This document shows positions 25,690 to 39,329 of a DNA stretch of 64,000 bases, piece after piece (within the stretch, counting starts at the first letter, position 1; each line of letters opens with the position of its first letter). Made by a program: the position numbers and the translations under genes. The notes under the pieces are model-generated. The model did no database searches and was not told where the DNA came from. It was given only the letters and a program-made list of their open reading frames with translations. Source of the stretch: Octopus sinensis (lineage: Eukaryota); contig NC_043004.1 in the NCBI RefSeq assembly GCF_006345805.1, forward strand, positions 84,258,001-84,322,000, in the 5' to 3' direction.

Positions 25690-28600
25690 AGGATGCATAC
25701 ATGTGTGTGAATATGTGCGTCCGTATTTGGATGTCTGCAAATGTATGTGTTTTTGGGCGATTTGACCTCTGAAGTGTACCTATTAAATAAATATCCAGCT
25801 TACCATCCTTTTGAAAAGTAAACAATGCTGTTACTCTACTGTTATCTCTCTAATAGTCTAAACACTTTACAAATAAATCTTTTTTATATATATTCTCTAT
25901 TGTTATTTACCATTTTTGTTTTTAGAGAGAATTCATCGATACTCTGTCCAAAGAGTGATAATTAACTTAGATCTCACGATTTGAATGAAAATACAGACAA
26001 AGTTAAAACCCAGCCTGTCTGTATTTGCATAATAGTGAATTTGTTAAAACCAATAATGATTTAATTAGTTAAAATAGAAACTTTGTAGAAAATTTGGTAT
26101 GTTAATTATAACATCCATTGAATATACACTTTAGCCTTCAGAGAATGATTATCTACTTATATTGTTTTCTTAGTGTATAAAAACATCAATGTTTTCACAC
26201 AACACTGTCTAATTATCATTTAAAATGTCAGCAAATCAGGTAAAATGTTAATTAACATATATATTTCTTTGATGAACATTAAATTAGAAAGTAAGTAAAT
26301 AGACCAAATATATTAAACTTCCTGTGTTCACTATACGATCACTTAGAATGTTTCCTGGCTTTTCTATATTTTCTTCACAGGAAAATTACTAATCGCCGCT
26401 CCATAGATATACTATTTAGTTACACATATTCTTCGTGAACCCAAAAGAAAACAGCACTATGCAAGTAATTTTATTTTAATAAATTCCTCTATAATGAGCA
26501 TAAACCTGACCACTTTGTTAAATGGCGGTCTTATTAAAATTTTATGCTTTTACAATTTTTTTCTTTATTTCTATGTGTGTTTGTGAGAGAGTGCATATAT
26601 GTATGTAGGTATGTATAAATATACATATATATATGTATATACATACATATATATATGCTCACAGTTTTACGTATATAGTGTAGGTTTAGTGTTGCAGTAT
26701 AAGGTTAGTGTTATAGAGATTACAGATAATTTATTTGCATAAATCGATGTTACACTACCGGAATCAGCGTTTTGATTCATACGCTCTGTTAGGTCCTCTA
26801 CCATGAAAGATTAAACGTTAAATGGAAAACAGAACTGCTGCCAGTTCCTGGCTCTCGTGGCTGCAGTTGGTCAACCGTTAAGATTCGGTTGACTTGGATC
26901 ATGGTTTAGGATGAAAAAAAAAACTTCTCCTATAACTACATCGTAGCTAGTTTTTGCCTTATTGACATACGGGAATGGCGTATCTATCCGCTTCTGGCTG
27001 TATCAACACTCACAATTCCACTCTCCTTTAGTTTTTCACATGTATACTGAGAGGAAGTAGAGTGGAATATATAAGTAGATACGAAAGAGAATGAATGGTG
27101 ATTAAATTTGCACATATATTCACATAACACACACTCACAGATGGAGCATCACGCACTCACAAACATATATATAAACATGGCCACACTCATACGCTATCGG
27201 GTGTGCTTGTGTACGCGCGCGCCTGTGTGTGTGTGTGTGTGTGCGTGTGTACACATGTATGCATATATTTAGGTATGCATATAATGTTCATAATTCACTC
27301 CATAATTCATCGGTATTTTGCATAATATACTTTCTGAAGCTGTATATGATGAACGTTTTAATTTAAAATCGTAGATGCAATATAGTAATTTGCTACAGCT
27401 TCGGTGGATGGTTTTGCTTGGACAGTAAGTTTTGCTTGAAAAGTAAGTTTCCATACGCTCTCTGTGCAGGCTTTTTGCCATTATTCCGGAAACCGTCTCT
27501 ATACAGGCATTACTTCGACTTTTCCTTCATACGTAATAAAATAGTTAAAAATTGCTAAAATTGCCACAAACGTTATTGATATGAAGGACATAAAACGATA
27601 ATAAATATTTGAGAAACCTCCAATGCATCTTCAATGCAATCACAAGCCACCGTTGCTAAGTTGTAATTTGAAAGGTGACTAAAACTACGCTCTAATAAAG
27701 TTCCTTACACCTAGCCGTTACCAAACGACTATGGAAGCTGCCAAACCCCTCCGTGACGTAAAGAAGAGGCCGGTTGGGGCACATGTTTTTTTTATAACCA
27801 TAGGTCTGGTTCTCCGATAGGCAAGTCTGTCAGGAACGGACTCGACTTTGATAGCTGCATGCCGTATCCTCCTCAATGGCACATTTTCAAATACTAATGG
27901 TTGTTATCATAACGAATGGTCATCAGCGAGACATTCCCGTTCCTGCTGCTATTGTTAATAATGCTACTGATATTATTTCTCTTACTGTTGCTGCTGAATG
28001 TGTTGCAATTTCAAACTCTGTCAGGTCTGAACTGCAATCAGATCTAGTATTTCTCATCAGCAAAATGAACCCCCTTATTTGGCTCAGATTGCTTCAATTT
28101 TAGTGAATCAATGCAACTCTGAATTTTGATTACGATCAACGAATTACAATATATCATCAATTAAAGAATCTGATGTTATTTGGCATATAATTTAGGAAAT
28201 TTGGATAATTTTAGCCAATCAACAAACAGCAAAGTATTAACAGCTTGAAACCATGACAACCGCACCTTCTGTTTCACCCGCTTGTGTTGCTTTTTCACAC
28301 TACGAGATGTACTTAACCCGCGTGTTTTGCTTTAATAAATATTTATATTTATCAGTTAGAATTTTATTATAGATATTTTTCGTCAATTGTCTTAATATTT
28401 CACATATTTTTCATACATAGGAAAAGTTGTTTGCCATGTTAATACAGATTCTTGGCATTATGAAGGTGAATGGAATATGTGAACTTACTACAGATAATTT
28501 GACATTTAGGAAAAAGTGTTGTCCAGTGTTATTCTTATCGTAGTTTACAAATCCAAACACGAAAACGTTACTCAAGTTTGAAGTATTGCAGACAATGTCC

Positions 28601-28924
28601 CCCTTTTCACACGCACACAAACACACATCCCCACACACGTGCACTTATATATTAATGTTGTACACATATACACAACAGGTATATGTAATACTGAAATATG
28701 TATAAAGTAAACATAGGCAGAGAAATATATTAATATAACAAATTTTTAACAAATGATAAAAACCTACAATGAAGACACAAAAGAAACAGTAAGCTGATAC
28801 ATGTTGATTTTATTAGGTATTTCTGTTTATTTAGAAGCCTAAAATTTCACACGCTAAACCTTGAATTTCACAGGGCACAGCATTAAAGTTGTCACCGCTC
28901 CGTTGAACGCACAAACTTTGTCTG

Positions 28925-29003
28925 CCTAGCGGTGTGGGAATCGAAGCCGCGATCCTACGACCACGAGTCCGCTGCCCTAACCACGAGGCCATTGCGCCTC
29001 CAC
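28925..29003 (-). mobile_element. SINE family C head
   Basis: Minus strand GTGGAGGCGCAATGGCCTCGTGGTTAGGGCAGCGGACTCGTGGTCGTAGGATCGCGGCTTCGATTCCC (tRNA-like A and B boxes). Confidence 0.8.
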
Positions 29004-29037
29004 ATATATATATATATTATATATATATATATATATA

Positions 29038-29111
<74 letters not shown>

Positions 29112-29125
29112 ATAATATATATATA

Positions 29126-29226
<101 letters not shown>

Positions 29227-29235
29227 CATATATAT

Positions 29236-29385
29236 GATGGGCTTCTTTCAATTTCCGTCTACCAGATCCACTCACAAGTTTTTGGTCTGACCGAAGCTAT
29301 AGTAGAAGACACTTGCCGAAGGTGCCACGCAGTGTGACTGAACCCGGAACCATGTGGTTCGTGAGCAAACTAATTACCACACGAC
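29236..29385 (-). mobile_element. SINE family A, 5' half
   Basis: Reverse complement of the family A head. Confidence 0.85.
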
Positions 29386-29659
29386 CTACACAGCATATCT
29401 GACACGAGCATAAAGAATCTATCGAAAACCGCCGCCACCGTTGCCAAAACCACCATTACCACCAGAAACATCACCACCGTCACCAACATCACTACTAGTG
29501 CCAACATCACTACCACCACTAGTACTACCACTACTGCTACTATTGCTATTAGCGCTACGGCTTCTACTAATATTTATGCTAATGCTGTTGCGACTATTAC
29601 TATTAATATTGCAAACAGTAATTCCATAACTGGTACTGTTACTATTAGCCCACACTCAG

Positions 29660-29691
29660 CCACGACCACCAACACTACTACTACTACTACG

Positions 29692-29789
<98 letters not shown>

Positions 29790-29924
29790 TAATAATAATA
29801 ATTAATATTATTATTATTATTATTATTATTATTATGATAATAATACCACTCCTACTACTACTGCTATTGTTGTTGTTGCTGCTGCTGCTACCATTACTAC
29901 TACTACTACTACTACTACTACTAT

Positions 29925-29965
<41 letters not shown>

Positions 29966-29992
29966 TTACTACTACTACTACAACTACTACTA

Positions 29993-30043
<51 letters not shown>

Positions 30044-30047
30044 ATAG
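29660..30047. repeat. Compound (ACT)n(AAT)n(ATT)n(ACT)n microsatellite
   Basis: Directly visible. Confidence 0.95.
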
Positions 30048-30550
30048 CACAATAATGCAGGTGGGATTTTTTTGTTGTTACTCCACGATTACTTTCGTAT
30101 TTATAGTTAACGATAGAAAAGGTATCGGAAGGACGCTTGCGTTTACAATGTTCTATACTTTTATACTCTAAAAGTTTTCTGAAGATAATGAAGAAATAAC
30201 CCCAAATACAAGGAAATATGACAATGTTCCTTGACAGCAAAACTATCATATGTTACAATCGTTATTTGTTTTAGATTTAACTATTATTGATATACATATT
30301 TCCGTCGATACTGCATCCAAAACGAATTCATTTTTCATACACACATTTATATAAATAAGCATACAATACATCCAACTGAATCAGCGATCATTAGATTTCG
30401 TATAAAGGAAATTACAATCAGCATAAACATTCAGTGAAATAAGTTAATTTCTGTAAAAATTAAATTATATTTGTGTGTGCGTGTGACTCGCTGCCTGTGC
30501 ACTGTAGACACACACACGTACGCACACATAGATGTATGTATATATATAAT

Positions 30551-30591
<41 letters not shown>

Positions 30592-30825
30592 CACACACAT
30601 ATATACATATATATGTATACCTATAAATACATATACACAGATATATACATATATAAATACATATATATATATAATACACATATATATATATACACATATA
30701 TATGTACTTACAAATATATGTATATATATATATGTATATATATATAATATTAAATTCCTAAATATTTCATAGAGATATGTACAGTGGTGGGGCAATATAT
30801 ATATATATATATATATAATATATAT

Positions 30826-30873
<48 letters not shown>

Positions 30874-30938
30874 GCATATGTATATATTCGTGTATATATA
30901 TATAGTCATACATGTTTACATGTTTGTGTAGAGAAAGA

Positions 30939-30974
<36 letters not shown>

Positions 30975-31781
30975 TACATACGTGTACATATAAATCATAC
31001 AGCCTTGTTACAGCTGTTAAAAAGATTGATTAACTTCATTATGAACTGACGCAAACACACAAAACACATACACGGAAACACATCCAGATTGTACATAGAT
31101 TTGTGTCGTTACATAATATCATAAAAACAAACTCTGTATTCCTCAGATAAATATATTCATCTGTTTAAATATATATGCATACATATTCATCCAAACACAA
31201 CATAATCGGCCATGAGTGACACAAAGATCACTGCTGTCACTTTTAATCACTATTATTTGCCATTTGTGAACCCTAGATTACTCTTCGAATAAATACAGCA
31301 ATTTTGATAGAGTTCAGTTGTTAAGCTATAGAAAGCCACATCCTTATGACAAGAACTCATCAATAACGGTCGATCGGGTTAGACAAAATTTCTTGCATTA
31401 TATCAACTGCGTTACGAAACCCAAGCACAATAGAAATTGAATAGAAGAAAAATAAATTGCAGAGAGACAGAGGGAAATGAGAGAGAGAGAGAGAAAGTGG
31501 GGGAAGGGGTGAGTGAGTGGGTGTTAAAAGGAGAGAGACAGAATCATTATAGAAGTGTGTTTTTCGTATGTGGGATTCTGCTTTTTTAAGTAAATATATT
31601 GACTGTGCTATGTATCGTTCACAGAGAGTGAAAGTGCAAATAATGGTTTACATTTATCAACGAATGATTACAAGAATTTTTACACAAGAATTTCAGTCTC
31701 TTGTTTTCCAATCTGTCGCACTCGGTCCTTTTTCTAGTTGATATATATATGTATGTATGTACATTATATATGTATGTATAT

Positions 31782-32122
31782 ACTTGGCATTCAGTCGGTT
31801 AGGACCCACGAGTGTTCCAATTGAATCCGATCGACAGAACAGCCTGCTCGTGAATTGAACGTGCAAGTGGCTGAGCATCCACAGTACCCTTAACGTAGTT
31901 CTCAGGGAGATTAAGCGTCACACAGAAATACAGGTACAAGAGAAGCAGGAAGAAAGAGTGAGAGAAAGAGTACATCAGGGTTCGGCACCCCCACAGCCGG
32001 AGTCTTGCGGAGCTTTAGGTGTTTTCCCTCGATAAACACTCACATCGACCTGTCTAGGAATAGGAACTGCGATTCTACATACGCGAGTCCGCTGCCCCAA
32101 GCACTTGGCTACTGCGACTCTA
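31782..32122 (-). mobile_element. SINE family C, near full length
   Basis: Degenerate tRNA head at 32060-32122. The central AACGTGCAAGTGGCTGAGCA...CCCTTAACGTAGTTCTC block resembles a Nin-type conserved SINE domain (from memory, unverified). Confidence 0.75.
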
Positions 32123-32546
32123 CATATATATGTGTGTATATGTATATATATATATATAGAAATATATATACATATATACATATATATACATATACATATA
32201 CATATATATACACACCAAATCCTATCATGTCGTGCATATTAAAAAAATTCCGATATACTGGAATGCTCTCGAGGAAAAGTAATTGTTAATTATTATTTTC
32301 CTTTAATTTCTAAATGCTGTCGAAATACCCTATCATTAAAGCTCTATCATCGTTTGCAGCTCTGAGAAATCAGACGTTGGTCTACATTCAAAGAACTAAC
32401 TTCATATGTAATTTTATTGCTTTGAACCAGTTATTAAGAATAAAAATTGGACTTCTGAAGGAAGTTTTATTTTTCTAGGAAATTGATCGAAAATCAATGA
32501 AGCTGGTATATATCTAGACGATTAACTCCACGAAAATATGGTACTA

Positions 32547-32945
32547 AAGGCGGCGAGCTGGGAGAATCGTGAGCACGCCGGGCGAAAGGTTTAGCAGTTT
32601 TTCGTCTGCCGCTACGTTCTGAGTTCAAATTCCGCCGAGGTTGACTTTGCCTTTCATCCTTTCGGAGTCGATGAAATAAGTACCAGTTACGCACTGGGTT
32701 CGATATAATCGACTTAACATGTTTGTCTGTCCTTGTTTGTCCTCTCTGTTTTTAGCCCCTTGTGGTTATTAAAGAAATAGGTATTTCGTTTACCTTTACG
32801 TTCTTAATTCAAAATCCGCCGAGGTCGACTTTGCCTTTCAACCTTTCGGAGTTCATAAATTAAGTACCACTTACGTACTGGGGTCGATCTAACTGACTGG
32901 CTCCTCGGCCAAAATTTCGGCCATTGTATCCAGAGTAGAAAAGAA
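32547..32945 (+). mobile_element. SINE family B with partial internal duplication
   Basis: AAGGCGGCGAGCTGG...GAGTTCAAATTCCGCCGAGGTTGACTTTGCCTTTCATCC...AAGTACCAG; this block is repeated at 32800-32890. Another fragment lies at 43835-43900. Confidence 0.8.
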
Positions 32946-33919
32946 GATATGATTCTGATAGTTCACTTCATTTCTTTAAAACATTATATCGCTGAGAATT
33001 TTTTTTCCCTCAGTGGTCAAGCATTACTTCATTTATGTAAAGTTGTCGTCCATATATGTTTGTGCCTTATCTGTAATAGTAAACTTAATTTTGTGTATGG
33101 GAGGAATTCTTTCCCGTTAAAACTGTTTAACATGGCTATTAAATGAAAGTTTGCGATAATAAAATTAATATTTGAATATCAATTCTGTTGACCTAATATA
33201 AACTTAAACTTAATTTCTGTTTGCTTGTGATTTAGCGCTCTATAGTATCGACATTTAACGATAACGAAAATTTAGTGAGCAATTCGCCGGAATTCTGCAA
33301 TATGATTGATTGGTATTTCTTTCATACTAACAGCGTTATAACCTTTGATGTTTACATACATACGCAACACACACTCACACACACATATACGGAGTGAGTA
33401 AAACATTATACGCACTCTTCTTTCTTTAATTTATGAACACAAAAGCATTTGTTGAACAATGAGAACGTTTGGGGTAGAAGAAGGTATACGGCTAGTCTCA
33501 CAGACTTTCCGTAGCCAATCGACGAAATAATAAAAGACGTTTGGAAGGTCCAAAGTTGTAATAGTCGGAAAGGACGTGATTGGGATTTTATGCAGGGTAT
33601 TCCTGTAAGAAAAAAACTAATTGATTTTTCCAGCGGTGAGGGCGCCGGTATGTAGACGTGTATCGTAGTGCAACAATAGCACTTGATTTGATAGTAAACC
33701 TCTGCTTTGAGGCGAACTGGCAATTCGATGTTGTTGGCCAGCTTTTCAGTTTTCCAGGTAATGTTAAACGACATGCTCTTTTGCTTTCCAAATAATGGAT
33801 ATCATAACATTTTCAACAAAAATTGAGTCTAGAATATTCTCTTCGCTGGCGATTTCAGGTTTTACCACTTCTTATTCTGCCTTTTAGTTTCGGTATTAAA
33901 CTAATAGACACAGATTTCA

Positions 33920-34310
33920 AATTCTGTGTGGTAAGTAGCCTGCGTACCAACCACATGTTCTTGGGTTCAGTCCCACTGCGTAGCACCTTGGGCAAATATC
34001 TTCTACTATAGCCTCGGGCCGACCAAATACTTGTGACTGGATTTAGTAGACGGAAACTGGAAGAAGCTCGTCGTATATATACATATATGCGTGTATTCAT
34101 GTGTTTGTGTTTGTCCTCTTCACTATTGCTTGGCAACCAATGCTGATGTGTTTACGCCCCCATAAATTAGTAGTGCGACAAAAGCGACCGATAGAATAAG
34201 TACTAGGCTAACAAAGAATAAACTCTGGAGTTGATTTACTCCACTAAAGGCGGTGCACCAGTATGGCCGCAGTCAAATAACTGAAACAAGTAAAAAAGTA
34301 AAAGAGTAAA
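33920..34310 (+). mobile_element. SINE family A, full length
   Basis: Head, body and AAAAGAG tail are all present. Confidence 0.88.
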
Positions 34311-34887
34311 CTATCTCTAATATAGTTTCGCCATCATCGTTGTGTTGCTTGAATAATTTGATAGATTGCCCCTGGAGGGCATTTATGCCCTTCGGTAACA
34401 TATCTTGGCACATAGCTCGCGCACACTTTACTAATGTGCACATTCCCGTGGATAGATTCGTATGGAGAACCATCACTAATCGATAGAATACATGTCACCT
34501 GATCGATGGCGGTTCGGTAGAATCATCAATCGATTTTGCTGAATCTACATGTCAATGCTTGATGTTGATGGGCGTCCTACTCCCTCTTTCTGCTTTACGC
34601 TTTTCCGGCAATTTTGAAATTTCTCAATCTACTTATACATACTTTCATCCATGGAGCACTTCTCCCGTATTGTAATGAAAACCTTCGTTGAATTTAAGTT
34701 ACTGACACACCTTCAGAAAATGAAAACCGAAGACAGGTATCTATTCTACTTTGGTTCTCTTTAGCAGTGGAGAAGCCAAATTTACTCTGTAACACAAGAA
34801 ATAAATTAGGTCGATGAACGTGAAACCTGATCTATGTGACCATAGAAGTACTCCCTCCTAGCACGAGCGATAAAGAGATTGCGGGTG

Positions 34888-34940
<53 letters not shown>

Positions 34941-34944
34941 CAAT

Positions 34945-35215
34945 TAATTCATCGGATTTATAGGAAATATTATGTTGATAAGGAAATGCATTTTCGATTC
35001 TAATCCAGAAACGATCGTCCATAATTGATCCAAAGTAGACTGTGTGATTTCGTTGTCTTCCTTCTTTTTTTACCATATACGTGTTACAAATACTGTTGTT
35101 TGTGGAGACCTATTTTTGTAGTAATAGAAATGGTAACCTATTTGGCTGGTATTTCTAATATTTTTGGTATGTGGTTTAAGCAACTTGTTGCAAATAACCC
35201 TTTATATATGTATCC
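34945..35215. repeat. Unclassified dispersed repeat, copy 1 (copy 2 at 41860-42085)
   Basis: Colinear similarity, for example GGAAATATTATGTTGATAAGGAAATG...TAATCCAGAAACG...GTTACAAATACTGTTGTTTGTGG. Confidence 0.75.
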
Positions 35216-35229
35216 TGAAATTAATCTCA

Positions 35230-35545
35230 TCATCAAGTGAAGTAATAGAGGAAATGGTAGACCCTAGATAGCAGAACCTGTTCATTGTCGCAAGCTGTTT
35301 GTCATCAAGCTTGATATGGCCTTTCACCGCGCCCTCCTGAGTGAGATTGACAGCCTTCTTTACACTGATGACCAAACCGAAGGCCTTACATGGTGATGAT
35401 AGGTGGTCCATCATTATTTGTAGAGTTAATTCACTGTGAGCAACAAGTGCCACATCGTCGGCGAGGAGAATGTCTCTTATTGTTGGTCTATTGATCTTAG
35501 TCTTTTCTCGAAGTCTAGAAAGATCAAAGTTTGACCCATCAGCTG
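35230..35545 (-). mobile_element. RTE/BovB-like LINE reverse transcriptase fragment
   Basis: DGSNFDLSRLREKTK...IRDILLADDVALVAHSELTLQIMMDHLS...FGLVISVKK...FCYLGSTIS...LDDEINFRI (ORF 35202-35612). Confidence 0.9.
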
Positions 35546-35684
35546 ACCAACAAAGGTAGACACATCTCCCGGCAACTCTTGAAATGCAAACTGCTGCAAT
35601 ACAGCAAAGCAAATACTAAAAAGAATTTATATATTATATATATATATATATATATATGAGTGTGTGTGCGTGTGCGTGTGTGTG

Positions 35685-35720
<36 letters not shown>

Positions 35721-35844
35721 GGTATGTAGAAAAATACAACATGGACAAGAACGTATAACTCTTAGAAGACGACACAATAAACACGGACAGGACACTCGAA
35801 ACCCTCAGTCTTCAGTCAAGAACCGGATCATCGTAGTAATTTCG

Positions 35845-35889
<45 letters not shown>

Positions 35890-38519
35890 TACACCTACAC
35901 ATATATGTATATGTATATATGCGTGTGTATTAATGTATGAAGAGGATGCTATGCTTGGAACACAAAATACAGCGATGGTGCATGTCTATCTCCTGTTACC
36001 GAAATATACACATGTTCTCATCCGCATCACAAGACCAGGATCTTTGCCAATGTTTACGATTTTGTTCCAGAGGTTTTCAAATTGAGATATGGACTGTTTT
36101 ATATACTAATTATGAAACTGAAATTAATTTTTCCTATTCATAATTGAAATGTTTTTAGCCATTAAGTTTAGCAAAGATTGCGTATTTTAGCCAAATATAG
36201 GTGAGTATTTTATACGTCACCGTGAAGTTCTGTTACCATATTAAATGCAGTAGTACCATGTGTTCCAGAGATGATTGCGAAGAACATTGTTTCCATAGTA
36301 ACCAAAGATGCTGCGCATGTTCACAAGGAGTGCGATCAACATATTGAGAGTACATTGGCATATTTAAAGCGTGGGAACAAACACTGATATGGGACACACC
36401 GTTCATGGCTGACTCTTTTCTCTGTGAATGTTTGAAAAGGAGATATGAGAAGGATAAATTATTTCCTAAATTCCTAGAGTGTATTGGAAACTGTCGTTCT
36501 TGTGTTTTTTAACTACTAATTGTCTCTTTTAAGCAATGTTTTACTGTTATTTCTAGCAACTCCTGTTGGTTTGCGCGTAACTGTTAAATAGTTCATTTGC
36601 TCGCGACTCTTTAAATGTTTTTCACTCTTTAATGTAGCTAGTTTAATGTTTTGATGTGCCGGTGCCCCAACCCCTTTCCTGCCACTGTGACAGAAAATTC
36701 TGAAAATTATCAAAATTTTTAACATCTGTAGCATTTCCGCATTTTTTTTTTTCTGGAAGAAACGAATAACATTCGGATTCAATGTCAAATATTTTTAAAG
36801 ATTTCGACATATAGTAAAACTAACCATAAAGATCCCAAATCCATATGAGATGCTCTCTCATGCTAAATATCACAGTATACTCTGTTCTAACACGGTGACA
36901 ACTTTTCAGTGTGAATAAATATTACCGTTCGACCTTATTATTGTTTTTGTCACAATAAATTATTTTAAAATACGTCCACGAGCTATTTGAGATACCAGTG
37001 CCTGATTACGCACTGTAATTCTATGTATATTGCAAGAGGTGTTATGCACTGTAATTCTATGTATTATTGCAAGCGGCGTAGTCACTGTTATCTCTAGCTT
37101 TAGGGCGTCTAACTTTGATAAGGCCAGATGGTAATGGGAGATGACTATCTCATGTTTGTGATATGATAATATCTGTTTATAGGCATAAAGGTTCTCTCAT
37201 ATACATTTAACCCTATAGCCCTATGTGCTTATAGGCTTTCTCACATATATTTAAAGCATTTTGCATTGCAGTTCCTAAAATTTTATTTCAGTTAATACCA
37301 CATAAACACTAACACTAATATACTAACACGTAGAGGTGTATTAGTCCCTCGGGTATTATGTCAGTATTCCAATATCCTAACTGAAGATAATGGAAGAGAC
37401 TGATTTGTGAATTAACCTGAGGCCTACGTAATTTTGAAAGCCTAAAAGCGAAAATATTTTTAATGCAGTGTATGCAAACATTAAATAAATATTGTGAAGA
37501 ATAATTTGAAAATTTTGAAATATTTTAGGTTCCATTAATATCATTGAAGCCACTGGGTTATATTTGTAGAGGACTAAAAAATCAGAAATGAAAACATTTA
37601 ACAGAAGATAAACACAATTAAAATTCTCAAACTTTTTAGAAGAGAGATGTTTTATTCTTCCATTACGAGCCTCTGCATCATAAACTTTTAGCATATGATA
37701 GCGCATTCATTCACCTGAAAGATTCCGATATACAGAAGTATACATTGCATTTCCCGTATTGCACGTAAATCTGCGAACAAACTTCATCGTTGTGATGTGT
37801 GTGGATTTGAAAGATTATTGAATATCGAATTATTCCTTCATAATGTTGATCGAATGATATCGCGTATCTTTGAATTTTTAACTATACATAGACCCTCAAA
37901 CGTCACAAAAGCTTCTTGCAAACTATTTCGCATGCAAGTTACAGTCACAATTAATACTGAATTAACCAGTTTTCTAGAGTTATTTCCCCTTTTACACTCC
38001 AGTAAATCCTTGCTTCGTTCAATAAAAATCCTAATTAGAATCATGATTTAAACGATTTGTTTCTTACATGAAATATTTCAGTAACCTGAATAGAAGAAAA
38101 AATTTACGGAATGTTAACTGGTTCAAGTTAAAATATTGTTCTTGTATAATAACAAATTTAGTATACATAAAACATAATGTATTCCATATATTGGAGAATA
38201 GTACATACACTTTTTGTCATACCACGAAAAGGAAAGCTATAGGCTTCCATATCCAGCCAATACAAATTGAAAATTGAATATTTACACAAATGCAAACATC
38301 TGTGCCCCTTCTCAAGTCATTATGTTGAAAATGTCACAGATGTGTTTCTTCTCAATATAACGTTCTTGACAAAGGGTTGTTGTACTTAGATAAAGCGAAT
38401 TGACCATATGGTACTAAAATTAATGAACAGACGTTTTGCAGGTAATGATTCTAAGAAATTACAGATATATGAAAAAACTATTCTAATTATATTTACCACA
38501 CACACACACACGCATATAT

Positions 38520-38730
38520 ATACTCTTTTACTCATTTACTTGTTTCAGTCATGTGACTGTGGCAATGCTGGAGCACCGCCGTTAGTCGAGCAAATCCACC
38601 CTAGGACTTATTCTTTGTAAGCCTAGTAATTATTCTATCGTTCTCTTTTGCCGAACCGCTAAGTTACGAGGACTTAAACACACCACCATCGGTTGTCAAG
38701 CGATGTTGGGGGTGTGGCAAACACAAGCAC
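38520..38730 (-). mobile_element. SINE family A, 3' half
   Basis: Reverse complement of the family A body and tail. Confidence 0.85.
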
Positions 38731-38733
38731 ACA

Positions 38734-38784
<51 letters not shown>

Positions 38785-38799
38785 AGTTAATCCAAACAA

Positions 38800-38983
38800 A
38801 GCAGCACAACAACACACAACAACGCGAGGACGTGGAACAAATATAGTATCATTGGACGCTCAGGAAAGAAGGAAAGAAGGAGGGTTTACGTTTAGAGCGG
38901 AGCTCTTCGTCGGAAACATAGGAGAAGGAAAGATCCAAAGAAGGGAGGACAGAGGGAAAAAATCGCCAACGGTACACACGCGG

Positions 38984-38985
<2 letters not shown>
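38800..38985 (-). mobile_element. PLE-like terminal fragment with decayed HHR (38884-38920)
   Basis: Minus strand GTTT-CCGACGA-A-GAGC-TCC-GCTC-TAAAC-GT-A-AAC, which has two core substitutions relative to CTGACGA...GAAAC. Confidence 0.55.
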
Positions 38986-39017
<32 letters not shown>

Positions 39018-39329
39018 ATATATATATTATATATAATATTATATATATATATATAATATATATACATATATATATATATATATGTATATATTACAAAATA
39101 TAAAGTTATATCTTGAGTGACAACAACGCTCAAGGTATACAACGGACTGGAAATAGAAGTGGTATCTTTATTATAGGTACAATGGTTCGAATGAAGAGGG
39201 GACAGTACAATACAGGACATGGGGTACAATTACAGAAACGATGGTATGAAAGGAAATATTTATAATGAATTAAATGGAATGGCTTACGAGCCCCCCAAAG
39301 CTCGCAGCTTCATTTACAATTACCATGGT

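Noticed and set aside
28925-29003. tRNA-like sequences here and at ~46520-46600 and ~47460-47530
   Set aside because: They are SINE heads continuing into SINE bodies, without a complete cloverleaf or acceptor stem.
35950-36420. hAT-transposase-like words (ITRPG, NIVSIVTKDAA)
   Set aside because: The motif order is reversed relative to hAT transposases and the similarity is too weak.
37000-37080. Short tandem duplications here (~35 bp) and at 20660-20822 (~45 bp) as a CRISPR-like array
   Set aside because: Only two units each, no unique spacers or cas genes, and the context is eukaryotic.
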